Source: Amphiscolops sp. MND2022 (lineage: Eukaryota). Taken from it: a stretch of DNA of 64,000 nucleotides. Positions 52,881 to 61,335 of this stretch are shown here, piece after piece. Every line of letters begins with the position of its first letter. Position 1 is the first letter of the stretch. The DNA lies in assembly GCA_964187785.1 (NCBI GenBank), contig OZ076409.1, positions 27,096,001 through 27,160,000 on the forward strand. Reading direction: 5' to 3'. The notes beneath the pieces are model-generated. The model was not told where the DNA came from. It worked only from the letters and a program-made list of their open reading frames with translations, and did not search any database. A program made the position numbers and the translations under genes.

Positions 52881-55049
52881 ATGCCAGCATGATGGAAATA
52901 TAATCTACTAAATATTTGTAATGTAAATATTATGTCTTATGTACTTAGATATGGGCAATATGATGTCATATAATAAGAGCCATGGTTGTGAGCAACCCTA
53001 CGTTACTTGTACCTTAATCCCTACCCCCCCCTGAGTTTGAGCTATATATATTTATTTAATACTGAGCGCTCTAGTTCCGGTGTCCGCACAAATGATCTTG
53101 CCAATAGCTTTAATGTGCTATCTTATTCAATATTGGTTTGTCACGATAAGGGAGAGAAGTTTTCCGGTCAGACTGGACCGAGAGATGTAGAAATAATGGA
53201 ATATGTAACTTCTACTAGCTCCCTCGCCTCAGGACTTGTAGTCGTGACGATTTTCAGAAAAGTTCATCACTAATCCATCAGCGGACTTAGTGATCCTTTA
53301 ACTTCACTTACTAGTGAAATCACGGTGCTATGTTATCAAGGTTCATCGCAATCACATCGCCAAAATTGCGGGTGAACAAAATTTGGGACATTTATTTGAT
53401 TTCATTTAGTGATCCATCAGCGGATCTCACGGGACTTTAAAATACATGAAAACCATCTTATACTCATCGTCGTTTTGTGAATTTTAACCTTCAATGTGCT
53501 TCTCATTTCTTAAAAGAGCATAACACATCTATATTTCATCGTCCTGACTAGTAACTACAAGGAATGAGAAAGTACATCCTTAATTCATCCTAAAAAAGAG
53601 TGAAGTGCTGGATATCTGTTTTTTTAGATTAACTCATCACTAGTTCATCGTAAATTCATCGCTAGTTCGACTTGCGTTAGAATTAGCCGAAATTTCAGTT
53701 GAGTTCATCCTAAACCCATCGTAGGAATTTCATTCATTAGATTTTGCTGTTTTATTGAATGTATTCATCCTAAAGTCATCATATATTTGTCTTCACTGCA
53801 GAATTAGCTGTTTCACCTGCTTTGTTGGCTGAATTCATCCTGAATTCATCGCCAATTTCACTAGTGCTGGAAATTAGTTATTTTCGAGGAGAGTTCATCC
53901 TTTTATCATCGTCAGTTCATATCGTGTTGATTTTCGAGCTAAAAGACCACCATTCATCGCATTTTCATCCAGAGCTAAACTAGACTTGAAAATCAGCAAA
54001 TATTCTGACGAATTCATCGCGTTTCCATCTTTGGTTTTGAAGTATTGATCTTAATGCTAGAATTAGTTGGAAAACATCGTTTTCTCATCCTGTGATGCAG
54101 TTTACTCTGTTTTGACTTGAAATTAGTACATTATTGAATGATTTGAGTTGCTATAGAAACCATGACACTGTGTGCAGGCAATTGCGACATTGTAAAGTGA
54201 TGATTAGTCATAATTAGCATATGTAGATGTACCATGTAGTTTGGCCAACTTGCGGCAGTTCACAACACCGGTCACGTGACTTACCAATTAGCACCAACTG
54301 GCAATAGCCAATAAGAGTCGGCTGGTAAGAGATTTAGCGTCTTACCAGCCTGAAAAGACACGTGAACTGCTGTATTTTGGACCGCCATTAGAGATTACTC
54401 AGACCGAAATTGCGATTAGCTACTGTCCAGTTGGACGAATTACGACAGATTTGAACTAGAAAAACATATCTCTTATTCATCGTAAAACGCTACCTTCACA
54501 ACTCTGAGTAATTTCTTGATTGATACCTGTCCGATGAAATTTGGATGAACTCTACTTAATCCTCGTTAACTATTCTCATTCTATACTAGTATCCTTGTCT
54601 TACTGTAAAACTCATCGCATTTACATCTCAAGTTCAGAAATAGTGAATTTGAGTTCGAATAAAGGCACAAAATAGTAAAATACATCGAAAAATCATCCAG
54701 AATCCAGTCTTCACTCATAATTCCTTTTCTCTCACCTCTATGAACCCAGATCTAGGCACCGAACTCAGAAGCGGAAGAGTTATTAGTTCCTCATCAGAAA
54801 CACACGTTCAAACGGACCCAGACATGGCTCAGTCTTCTGCCAATGATTCTGATAGCAACGAGGTTTCCGATATCTCGTCTCAGTTATCTGAAATAAAAGA
54901 GAGCTATGAGAGAAAGATAAACGAATTACAGAATGAGTTCAGTCAACTGAAGGACTTAATGATGGCTGTCATAAGTAAGACAGACACCGAAAACCGACAG
55001 TCAACCTCGAAAGGTCCTTCAAAGCCGACCCACACGGTTGGGCTCGACA
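52877..55049 (+). repeat. Gypsy 5' LTR, 2173 bp
   Basis: TGTC...GACA termini; both ends fixed independently by similarity to the solo LTR at 28855-30844 and by the adjacent PBS. Confidence 0.85.
54271..54312 (+). promoter_or_regulatory. Candidate LTR promoter: palindromic E-box GTCACGTGAC plus two CCAAT boxes
   Basis: GTCACGTGA and the adjacent CCAATTAGCACCA are conserved in the diverged solo LTR (~29606-29631). Confidence 0.55.
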
Positions 55050-56245
55050 TGGTGACAGGAGTTACAGAAACCCGCTCCAACCGCCCGACAACCAGCTTCA
55101 CCAACTTCAGAAGTTACCAAGAAGACGATTCAGACGAAGGAGAATCAACCCCCAGAAGCAATGAGGAACGACTACTCAATGCAATCGAGACGATCCCCCA
55201 ACGGATCAAAAACACAACCACCAACACGAAGCTTCTGCAGACACACGTGCCAAATTTCAGAGGCCAAAAAGACAAATTCGTCGAATTTGAGCACCTTCTC
55301 CTCAACCACCTTAGCCCGCTTGCCAACAAAATCACCGAGGAGAACAAACTACACTTCTTTCAAAGCCTTTTGAGAGATGACGCAATAGAATACTGGCAAT
55401 CCATCCAGATAACGCCAATGACAACACTAAAGGACGTACTCGACCTCTTCAGAAAAGAATTTGCAAAAGAGGATCTAAAGGAAGTGGCCCGTTACAAATG
55501 GGATCAAGCACGCTATGATCCCACAACAGAAACATTCGGCGATTTCCTCAAAAATCTCAAGAAGACTGCCAAACAAGCCTTCGGCAATGACGCCGACAGT
55601 ATAATCAAAATGTTCCTGTTTGGAAAACTGCCAGTCGAGATTCAACAAGAGCTCACCATGGCAAACAAAGAAAAGAGCTCCCCAGAGGAAATCAAAACCT
55701 ACCTAATGCGAAAATACCAGTACCAGCAGTACGTCGCGCCACCTACGGCAATCCAACCATTCAACGCGGTCACCTCCTCAGCACCACCTACGATTACAAC
55801 GACAAAGCCTACAACAACAACGACGACCGCACAACCGACAGAACGAAAACGATTTGAAGGACAATGTTTCTACTGCGGAAAGACAGGACACCGCAAAACA
55901 GAATGTCGCGCCCGACAACGAGACGAAGCGATCGGCATAAAGAAGGAGGATGCAATCCCAATGAAGAAAGCAGCCGATCCAGATAAACCGAAATACAATC
56001 CAAAATTGGTTTGCCAGATTTGCGGTTACACAGGCCACTCAGCAAGGGATTGCAGACGACGTGTACCTAAAGAAAGCAGTTCTGCATATGGAAAGATTCC
56101 ATACGCAACGAATTCACAAGATGACAACAGAACTAGAAGACAAGACTTAAAACGACAACAAAAGCCGATGAATCCTATGCAAGCAGTCACCGAAGAAGAA
56201 GACCAAGAAACCTACTCTGATGAAGACATAAATCAGGGTTTTTGA
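54740..56245 (+). CDS. gag: Gypsy Gag, 501 aa, two CCHC zinc knuckles
   Basis: N-terminal LRSGR, coiled-coil-like segment, VPNFRG capsid-start motif, CFYCGKTGHRKTEC and CQICGYTGHSARDC. Confidence 0.93.
   Translation: MNPDLGTELRSGRVISSSSETHVQTDPDMAQSSANDSDSNEVSDISSQLSEIKESYERKINELQNEFSQLKDLMMAVISKTDTENRQSTSKGPSKPTHTVGLDMVTGVTETRSNRPTTSFTNFRSYQEDDSDEGESTPRSNEERLLNAIETIPQRIKNTTTNTKLLQTHVPNFRGQKDKFVEFEHLLLNHLSPLANKITEENKLHFFQSLLRDDAIEYWQSIQITPMTTLKDVLDLFRKEFAKEDLKEVARYKWDQARYDPTTETFGDFLKNLKKTAKQAFGNDADSIIKMFLFGKLPVEIQQELTMANKEKSSPEEIKTYLMRKYQYQQYVAPPTAIQPFNAVTSSAPPTITTTKPTTTTTTAQPTERKRFEGQCFYCGKTGHRKTECRARQRDEAIGIKKEDAIPMKKAADPDKPKYNPKLVCQICGYTGHSARDCRRRVPKESSSAYGKIPYATNSQDDNRTRRQDLKRQQKPMNPMQAVTEEEDQETYSDEDINQGF
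55050..55062 (+). promoter_or_regulatory. Gypsy primer-binding site (tRNA-Leu-like) lying inside gag
   Basis: TGGTGACAGGAGT directly follows the LTR-terminal CA; one mismatch from the TGGTGTCAGGAGT tRNA-Leu-type PBS. Confidence 0.75.
56236..56242 (+). promoter_or_regulatory. -1 ribosomal frameshift heptamer G_GGT_TTT
   Basis: X_XXY_YYZ pattern in the gag frame immediately before the gag TGA; pol is open in the -1 frame from here. Confidence 0.85.
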
Positions 56246-59200
56246 TTCCGCCACGATTTCCACCCGCTAGAAACACAACGCGCGACCAACGACTTTCGAC
56301 TCAACCGACTACACACGACCGTCCAATGAAGAAATGGCAGCCTTCATTGGACAAACGACCAAAAGCTGACGATGTCTATCAGCGAAGACTTTCCAACGAT
56401 GAAAAAGCGATGAGAAATGCAAGTCAACTCAACGGCAGCCGCTTTTCTCCACTCGCTGAAATCAACGATGAACAAACGATGAACTGGCAACCAAACACCA
56501 TGAGGCAGGTGGAAGATGCCAAAGAGATGGAAACCCACCATCTAGACGACGACTCGACTTCACACTCAACAATCGACAAACGGCTTAGTATTAAAAAACA
56601 TGCAAATCAGAGTAGTATTAACGTTTCGAAAACTAAAAAACATGCAATTAAAACAGAAATTCACGTTCTCAGTCCCACTTTACATTTAAACAAGAAAGAT
56701 AAAATGCTGTACGTCCCTCTTCAGTTTGACAAATACGAAAACAGCGCACTTTTAGACACAGGCGCAATACAAAGTGCAATGTCTGAAGCCGAACTGCGAA
56801 AAATAACAACGGCTCATCCAGAAGCCATCCTTCAAGAATTCCCCCCTCCGAATTTCAAAATTCAAATAGCAAACGGGAACTTAGTCCCAGTGCGTAAGCA
56901 AGTCTTACTTAGATTTTACGTTGCTGGAAAAGTATTCGAAGAAACGTTCCTAATCCTTCCAACAATGGGAACAATTTTAATTGGAATGTCCTTTTTTGAA
57001 AAGTACTCAGTCAACTTAGACATCAAAAACCACCTTGTCCACTTCCCTAATCACATGATGTCCATGCAAGTTAGACAGCAAAAGAACAACAGATTCAAAA
57101 CTGGTTTAATTGATTTGTGTTCCAGCACTAGAACAGTGATCCCTCCTCTCCATCAAGTGATGATACAGGTCCACAGTGACGCGGACATCTCACTTACAAC
57201 TGGTACAGTTGAGGGCTCACCTGGATTCATGCGAAAGACGTGTTTGCTTGTTTCTCCAGCTTTGGTTGACCTAGACGAGGGCAAGACGACAATCCAGGTC
57301 ACCAACCCAAACAACCACACGTACACACTTGAAGCCAACACCACTCTGGCACACTTTCGCATCCCGACACCACACCAGGCGGCAAACATCGCGCCCATGC
57401 CAGTGGAACACTTGAACTTGATCACCAAGTATCCAGATGAAGCCGAAGCAGTGATCAACCAACTGTTCGTGAACCCTGAAATGAAGTCAACCAAGTGGTA
57501 CCCAACTCCCGAGACGTGCAGTGAGCCAGACAAACTCAACGCAATTGAGCGACGGATTTATGATGAGATTCTGGCACTGCGAGAGCTCGAGAAGCTTGAC
57601 CCGTCCCAATCCGATGAACAACGGATGAACTTCCTGAAGAACTTCAACTGGGACGACTCACTTCTTACTCCGTCTCAACGGTTACAGGTAGAGGAGTTGC
57701 TGGTAAAGTACAACTCCATTTTTGCTAGACACCGTTTTGATATTGGCATGAACACTGATTTTAAAGTTAAGTTAACACCTCAACATGAAGAACCTGTTTA
57801 TTCACAAAGTCTCCCGACTCCGACAAATTTGAAGGACGATTTGCTCGTGGAGTTAGCCCTAATGCAAGAGTACGGGATTATAACTACTTTGCCTCACAGC
57901 AAATACTCTTCCCCGATATTTGCTCAGCGTAAACCTAATGGTAAATTGAGGATTTTAGTTGACTTGAGAAGAATAAACCACCTGATCAAAAACGATTACG
58001 GTGAGCACAATCATCCCGTAACAACAATTGCTGACGCTGCCCAACACATGGCCGGGAAAAGGTACTTCTGCAAACTTGATTGTTCCCAGGCCTATCATTG
58101 CATTCCAATGGCCGACGAGCAATCTGTCCAACTGTTATCGTTTAATTTTGAGTCTAGAACTTTTGCATTTTTACGTCTAGCACAAGGTCTTAATCGTTCT
58201 TTGTCAGCATTTACAGGAGTAATCCGTGAGTATTTGGACCCCTTGGTCAAAGCGGACCGCTGTGCCCAATATGTTGACGATATTGGGATTGCAGCACACT
58301 CACCCGAAGAATTGATTACCAACCTTGAACTTGTTTTTCAACAATTGCACAAAGCTGGTCTTAAACTTAGCATGAGTAAATGTGAATTTGGACAAAAACA
58401 AATTGAGTACTTGGGAAAAACCATTTCTAGCACTGGTATTGCTCCCATTGAAAAACGCGTAACAGACTATTTAACGAAGTTGAAACCCCCCAATTCAGTG
58501 AAAGCGTTACAACGTTATCTTGGTTTTGTGAACTTTTACAGGTCTTACATTCCCCGTCTAGCTGATAAAACTTGTTGTTTACAGGAACTCATCAAGAAAG
58601 ACGTCCCTTTCAAGCTGAACCAACAACATAAAGATGCTATTTTTGAAATTAATGAAAGTTTGTTAAAAGCAACAAAAGTGTCTCTGAAACTGCCATTACC
58701 AGATAAACAACTGGTAATCATGTGTGACGCCAGCGAACACGCTGCAGGCTATGTGTTGTTAATCGAAGATTATGCAGACCCGTCAGTCAAACATACATAC
58801 GCCCCTGTTGCATTTGGCTCTAAGAAATTTCAGGGCGGCCAGATGTCTCTAACAATGTATGCCAAAGAGTTTTTAGCTATGCACTTTGCCTTCGATGAAT
58901 TTGGCCACATTTTGTGGGGTGCGAAAAAACCCATCATTGTTATGACTGACAATAAGGCCTTAACTAGATTTTTCCAGGCGAAGCATATCCCGCCTTCACT
59001 TTGGAATTTTTGCGATCAAACCCTTCAGTTCAATTTTCTATTAGCACATGTTCCAGGAGTTGAAAATCCCGCAGCGGATTACTTATCTCGGCTTGAGATT
59101 AGACCTGAAGACCGTGTACATTTAAAATTGACTGATACTATTCCAATTCACAGGATCGAGATCGACATCGCCTCCCGTACACCAAAACAGGAGGAAGACG

Positions 59201-61335
59201 AGCCTGATTACTTCCCCGCGAGCGAACCACTCAGATGCAAACGCCAGAAGGATGTCAAAGAGATGAAATTGGCAACTGGCACTGACGTGGCTCATGACGA
59301 TGGGAAAGGGATGAAGTTCACCAACTGTGAGAGAACTGCGGCCTCAGATGACTTCGCGACTGACAACCATCTGACGTACCGCCTCACAGACGTGGACGAG
59401 CCGATTCAACTCTCGCAATTCATCCGTAAAGTATCATTATCACACCCGGTAATGAGTCAGGTTAGCCCCGCCGAGGGGATCGATCTAATTCAGGTCCAGA
59501 AAAATAACTGGGTTATCCAAAAAATGATTAGATTTTTAGAAGGTACTGAAATTTTGCAACACCCAGTTAACATGCAAGACCAGTTTTTTCAAAAGTTGTA
59601 CAAAAATCGAAAACGCCTACAAGTTGTAAACGGTGTCTTGTACAGACAGTTTTTTGATCACACGGGACTAGAGTCTCATAAGCAGTTAGTCGTTCCTGAA
59701 GACTGTATTTTGACAATAATTAGGACTCTACATAACAGCCCGGTACAAGGACACCCTGGTTTAAAGAAAATGTTGTATGAACTTCGTAAAAGATATTACT
59801 CTCCTAACTTAGCCTGTAAAGTTCAAAAAGTCCTTGACGGATGTGAAAACTGCATGAAGTCTAAAAGTGTAAAAGAAACGCAACTACGTCCACCGTTACA
59901 AAAAATCTACGACCCGTGCGACGGACCAGAAGACCTGCTGGAAATAGACATCGTTGGTCCACTCCCGGCATCGAACGGTTTTACACACATTCTGACGGCT
60001 GTTGACGTTTTTTCGCGCTACCTGTTCGCCGTTCCGCTGAAGAGACCTGACACACATTCCGTAGTCAGAGGACTACTGTCGATCTTCACAAAACACGCGT
60101 ATGTGCCCAAACACATTCTGACCGACAAAGGCACGGCGTTCACGGCTGAACTTCTGTCTGAAATCGCGAAAGCGGCTGATATTCACATCTCCCACGCCAC
60201 GATAAAGCACGCGCAGACAATAGGCATGGTGGAGAGAACGCACGCGAAACTGAAAAAGATCCTTAAGATTAGTGTAAACGCAGACAGACCACAATGGGAC
60301 CGCTATGTCGACATAGCAATCATGGCCCATAACACAACATACCATGATTCACTGAAATGTTCTCCAACCGAAATTTTCCACGGAAGGACACCATACAACT
60401 CACTAGATCTGCAATTCCGAAACGCAAACAAACCGGCTGAAACAAAGTGCAAGGACGTGAACGAAATTCTAGACAAAATGAATTTTATCTTCAGAGACAA
60501 TCTAGATAACATCATTTCCGCCTATCACAAGTACAAAACGTACTATGATAGAAAAGCACGAGCACAGCCACTGAAGGTGAATGAATTCGTGTTCCTACTA
60601 GACCCTAAGTACGACTCTCAGAGAAGCAAAGAAGAGTTTAAAACTTTCCATTGGAAAGGACCGTACAAGGTGATTAAAGTGCTATCCGATAGCAACTACA
60701 TCATCCGCAAAGTAGGCACACACCAAACTCAGTGCGTACATCGCATGCGACTGAGATTGTTCAAACCGGAATTTCCGATTGACGACATCAACGTGTCCAA
60801 ACATCTCTACCCAGACACCGAAAGGGTTGAAGACACGGACATTTTCGACTCGAATATTCCGACGACCGACGAGATAGATCAGAATGAGAATGACAATCTA
60901 GATCAAGACTTGGTCGAAGAAGAGCCTTCAGAAGAAACAATTCCTCGAGTACAAGAACAACACACTCCACAAGTAATTCCACCAGAAATAACCACGAGAA
61001 TAGACTATCAGCAAGTAGAGACTGATCACAACAACTTTAGACCACCTACAGTTAGATTCGGAACGCGAGAAGAAATTATTTTACCGCCTCCCCGCGATGA
61101 GAGTAGGATAAGAGTACCTCTGAGAGACGAACAACACGAAAATCAGTCACAACAGACAAACACGCAAAATGAAGATGAAGAAACGATGAGTTCTAGACCG
61201 TCTAGATCAAATCAAAGTAGGTACAGGTTACGTGAGAACCCTACACCGAAAACGTATCCAGACTTCCTCATTCATGAGATTACTTCAGCTAGAAACGCAC
61301 TGAGAAAGACCAACAAAATAGACGTAACGATTTAG
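56242..61335 (+). CDS. pol: Gypsy Pol, 1697 aa: protease, dUTPase-like insert, RT, RNase H, integrase with GPY/F motif
   Basis: LLDTGA; YVDD; CDAS; H-x6-H...CxxC; DDE core; WKGPYKV; uninterrupted ORF. Confidence 0.96.
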   Translation: MIPPRFPPARNTTRDQRLSTQPTTHDRPMKKWQPSLDKRPKADDVYQRRLSNDEKAMRNASQLNGSRFSPLAEINDEQTMNWQPNTMRQVEDAKEMETHHLDDDSTSHSTIDKRLSIKKHANQSSINVSKTKKHAIKTEIHVLSPTLHLNKKDKMLYVPLQFDKYENSALLDTGAIQSAMSEAELRKITTAHPEAILQEFPPPNFKIQIANGNLVPVRKQVLLRFYVAGKVFEETFLILPTMGTILIGMSFFEKYSVNLDIKNHLVHFPNHMMSMQVRQQKNNRFKTGLIDLCSSTRTVIPPLHQVMIQVHSDADISLTTGTVEGSPGFMRKTCLLVSPALVDLDEGKTTIQVTNPNNHTYTLEANTTLAHFRIPTPHQAANIAPMPVEHLNLITKYPDEAEAVINQLFVNPEMKSTKWYPTPETCSEPDKLNAIERRIYDEILALRELEKLDPSQSDEQRMNFLKNFNWDDSLLTPSQRLQVEELLVKYNSIFARHRFDIGMNTDFKVKLTPQHEEPVYSQSLPTPTNLKDDLLVELALMQEYGIITTLPHSKYSSPIFAQRKPNGKLRILVDLRRINHLIKNDYGEHNHPVTTIADAAQHMAGKRYFCKLDCSQAYHCIPMADEQSVQLLSFNFESRTFAFLRLAQGLNRSLSAFTGVIREYLDPLVKADRCAQYVDDIGIAAHSPEELITNLELVFQQLHKAGLKLSMSKCEFGQKQIEYLGKTISSTGIAPIEKRVTDYLTKLKPPNSVKALQRYLGFVNFYRSYIPRLADKTCCLQELIKKDVPFKLNQQHKDAIFEINESLLKATKVSLKLPLPDKQLVIMCDASEHAAGYVLLIEDYADPSVKHTYAPVAFGSKKFQGGQMSLTMYAKEFLAMHFAFDEFGHILWGAKKPIIVMTDNKALTRFFQAKHIPPSLWNFCDQTLQFNFLLAHVPGVENPAADYLSRLEIRPEDRVHLKLTDTIPIHRIEIDIASRTPKQEEDEPDYFPASEPLRCKRQKDVKEMKLATGTDVAHDDGKGMKFTNCERTAASDDFATDNHLTYRLTDVDEPIQLSQFIRKVSLSHPVMSQVSPAEGIDLIQVQKNNWVIQKMIRFLEGTEILQHPVNMQDQFFQKLYKNRKRLQVVNGVLYRQFFDHTGLESHKQLVVPEDCILTIIRTLHNSPVQGHPGLKKMLYELRKRYYSPNLACKVQKVLDGCENCMKSKSVKETQLRPPLQKIYDPCDGPEDLLEIDIVGPLPASNGFTHILTAVDVFSRYLFAVPLKRPDTHSVVRGLLSIFTKHAYVPKHILTDKGTAFTAELLSEIAKAADIHISHATIKHAQTIGMVERTHAKLKKILKISVNADRPQWDRYVDIAIMAHNTTYHDSLKCSPTEIFHGRTPYNSLDLQFRNANKPAETKCKDVNEILDKMNFIFRDNLDNIISAYHKYKTYYDRKARAQPLKVNEFVFLLDPKYDSQRSKEEFKTFHWKGPYKVIKVLSDSNYIIRKVGTHQTQCVHRMRLRLFKPEFPIDDINVSKHLYPDTERVEDTDIFDSNIPTTDEIDQNENDNLDQDLVEEEPSEETIPRVQEQHTPQVIPPEITTRIDYQQVETDHNNFRPPTVRFGTREEIILPPPRDESRIRVPLRDEQHENQSQQTNTQNEDEETMSSRPSRSNQSRYRLRENPTPKTYPDFLIHEITSARNALRKTNKIDVTI

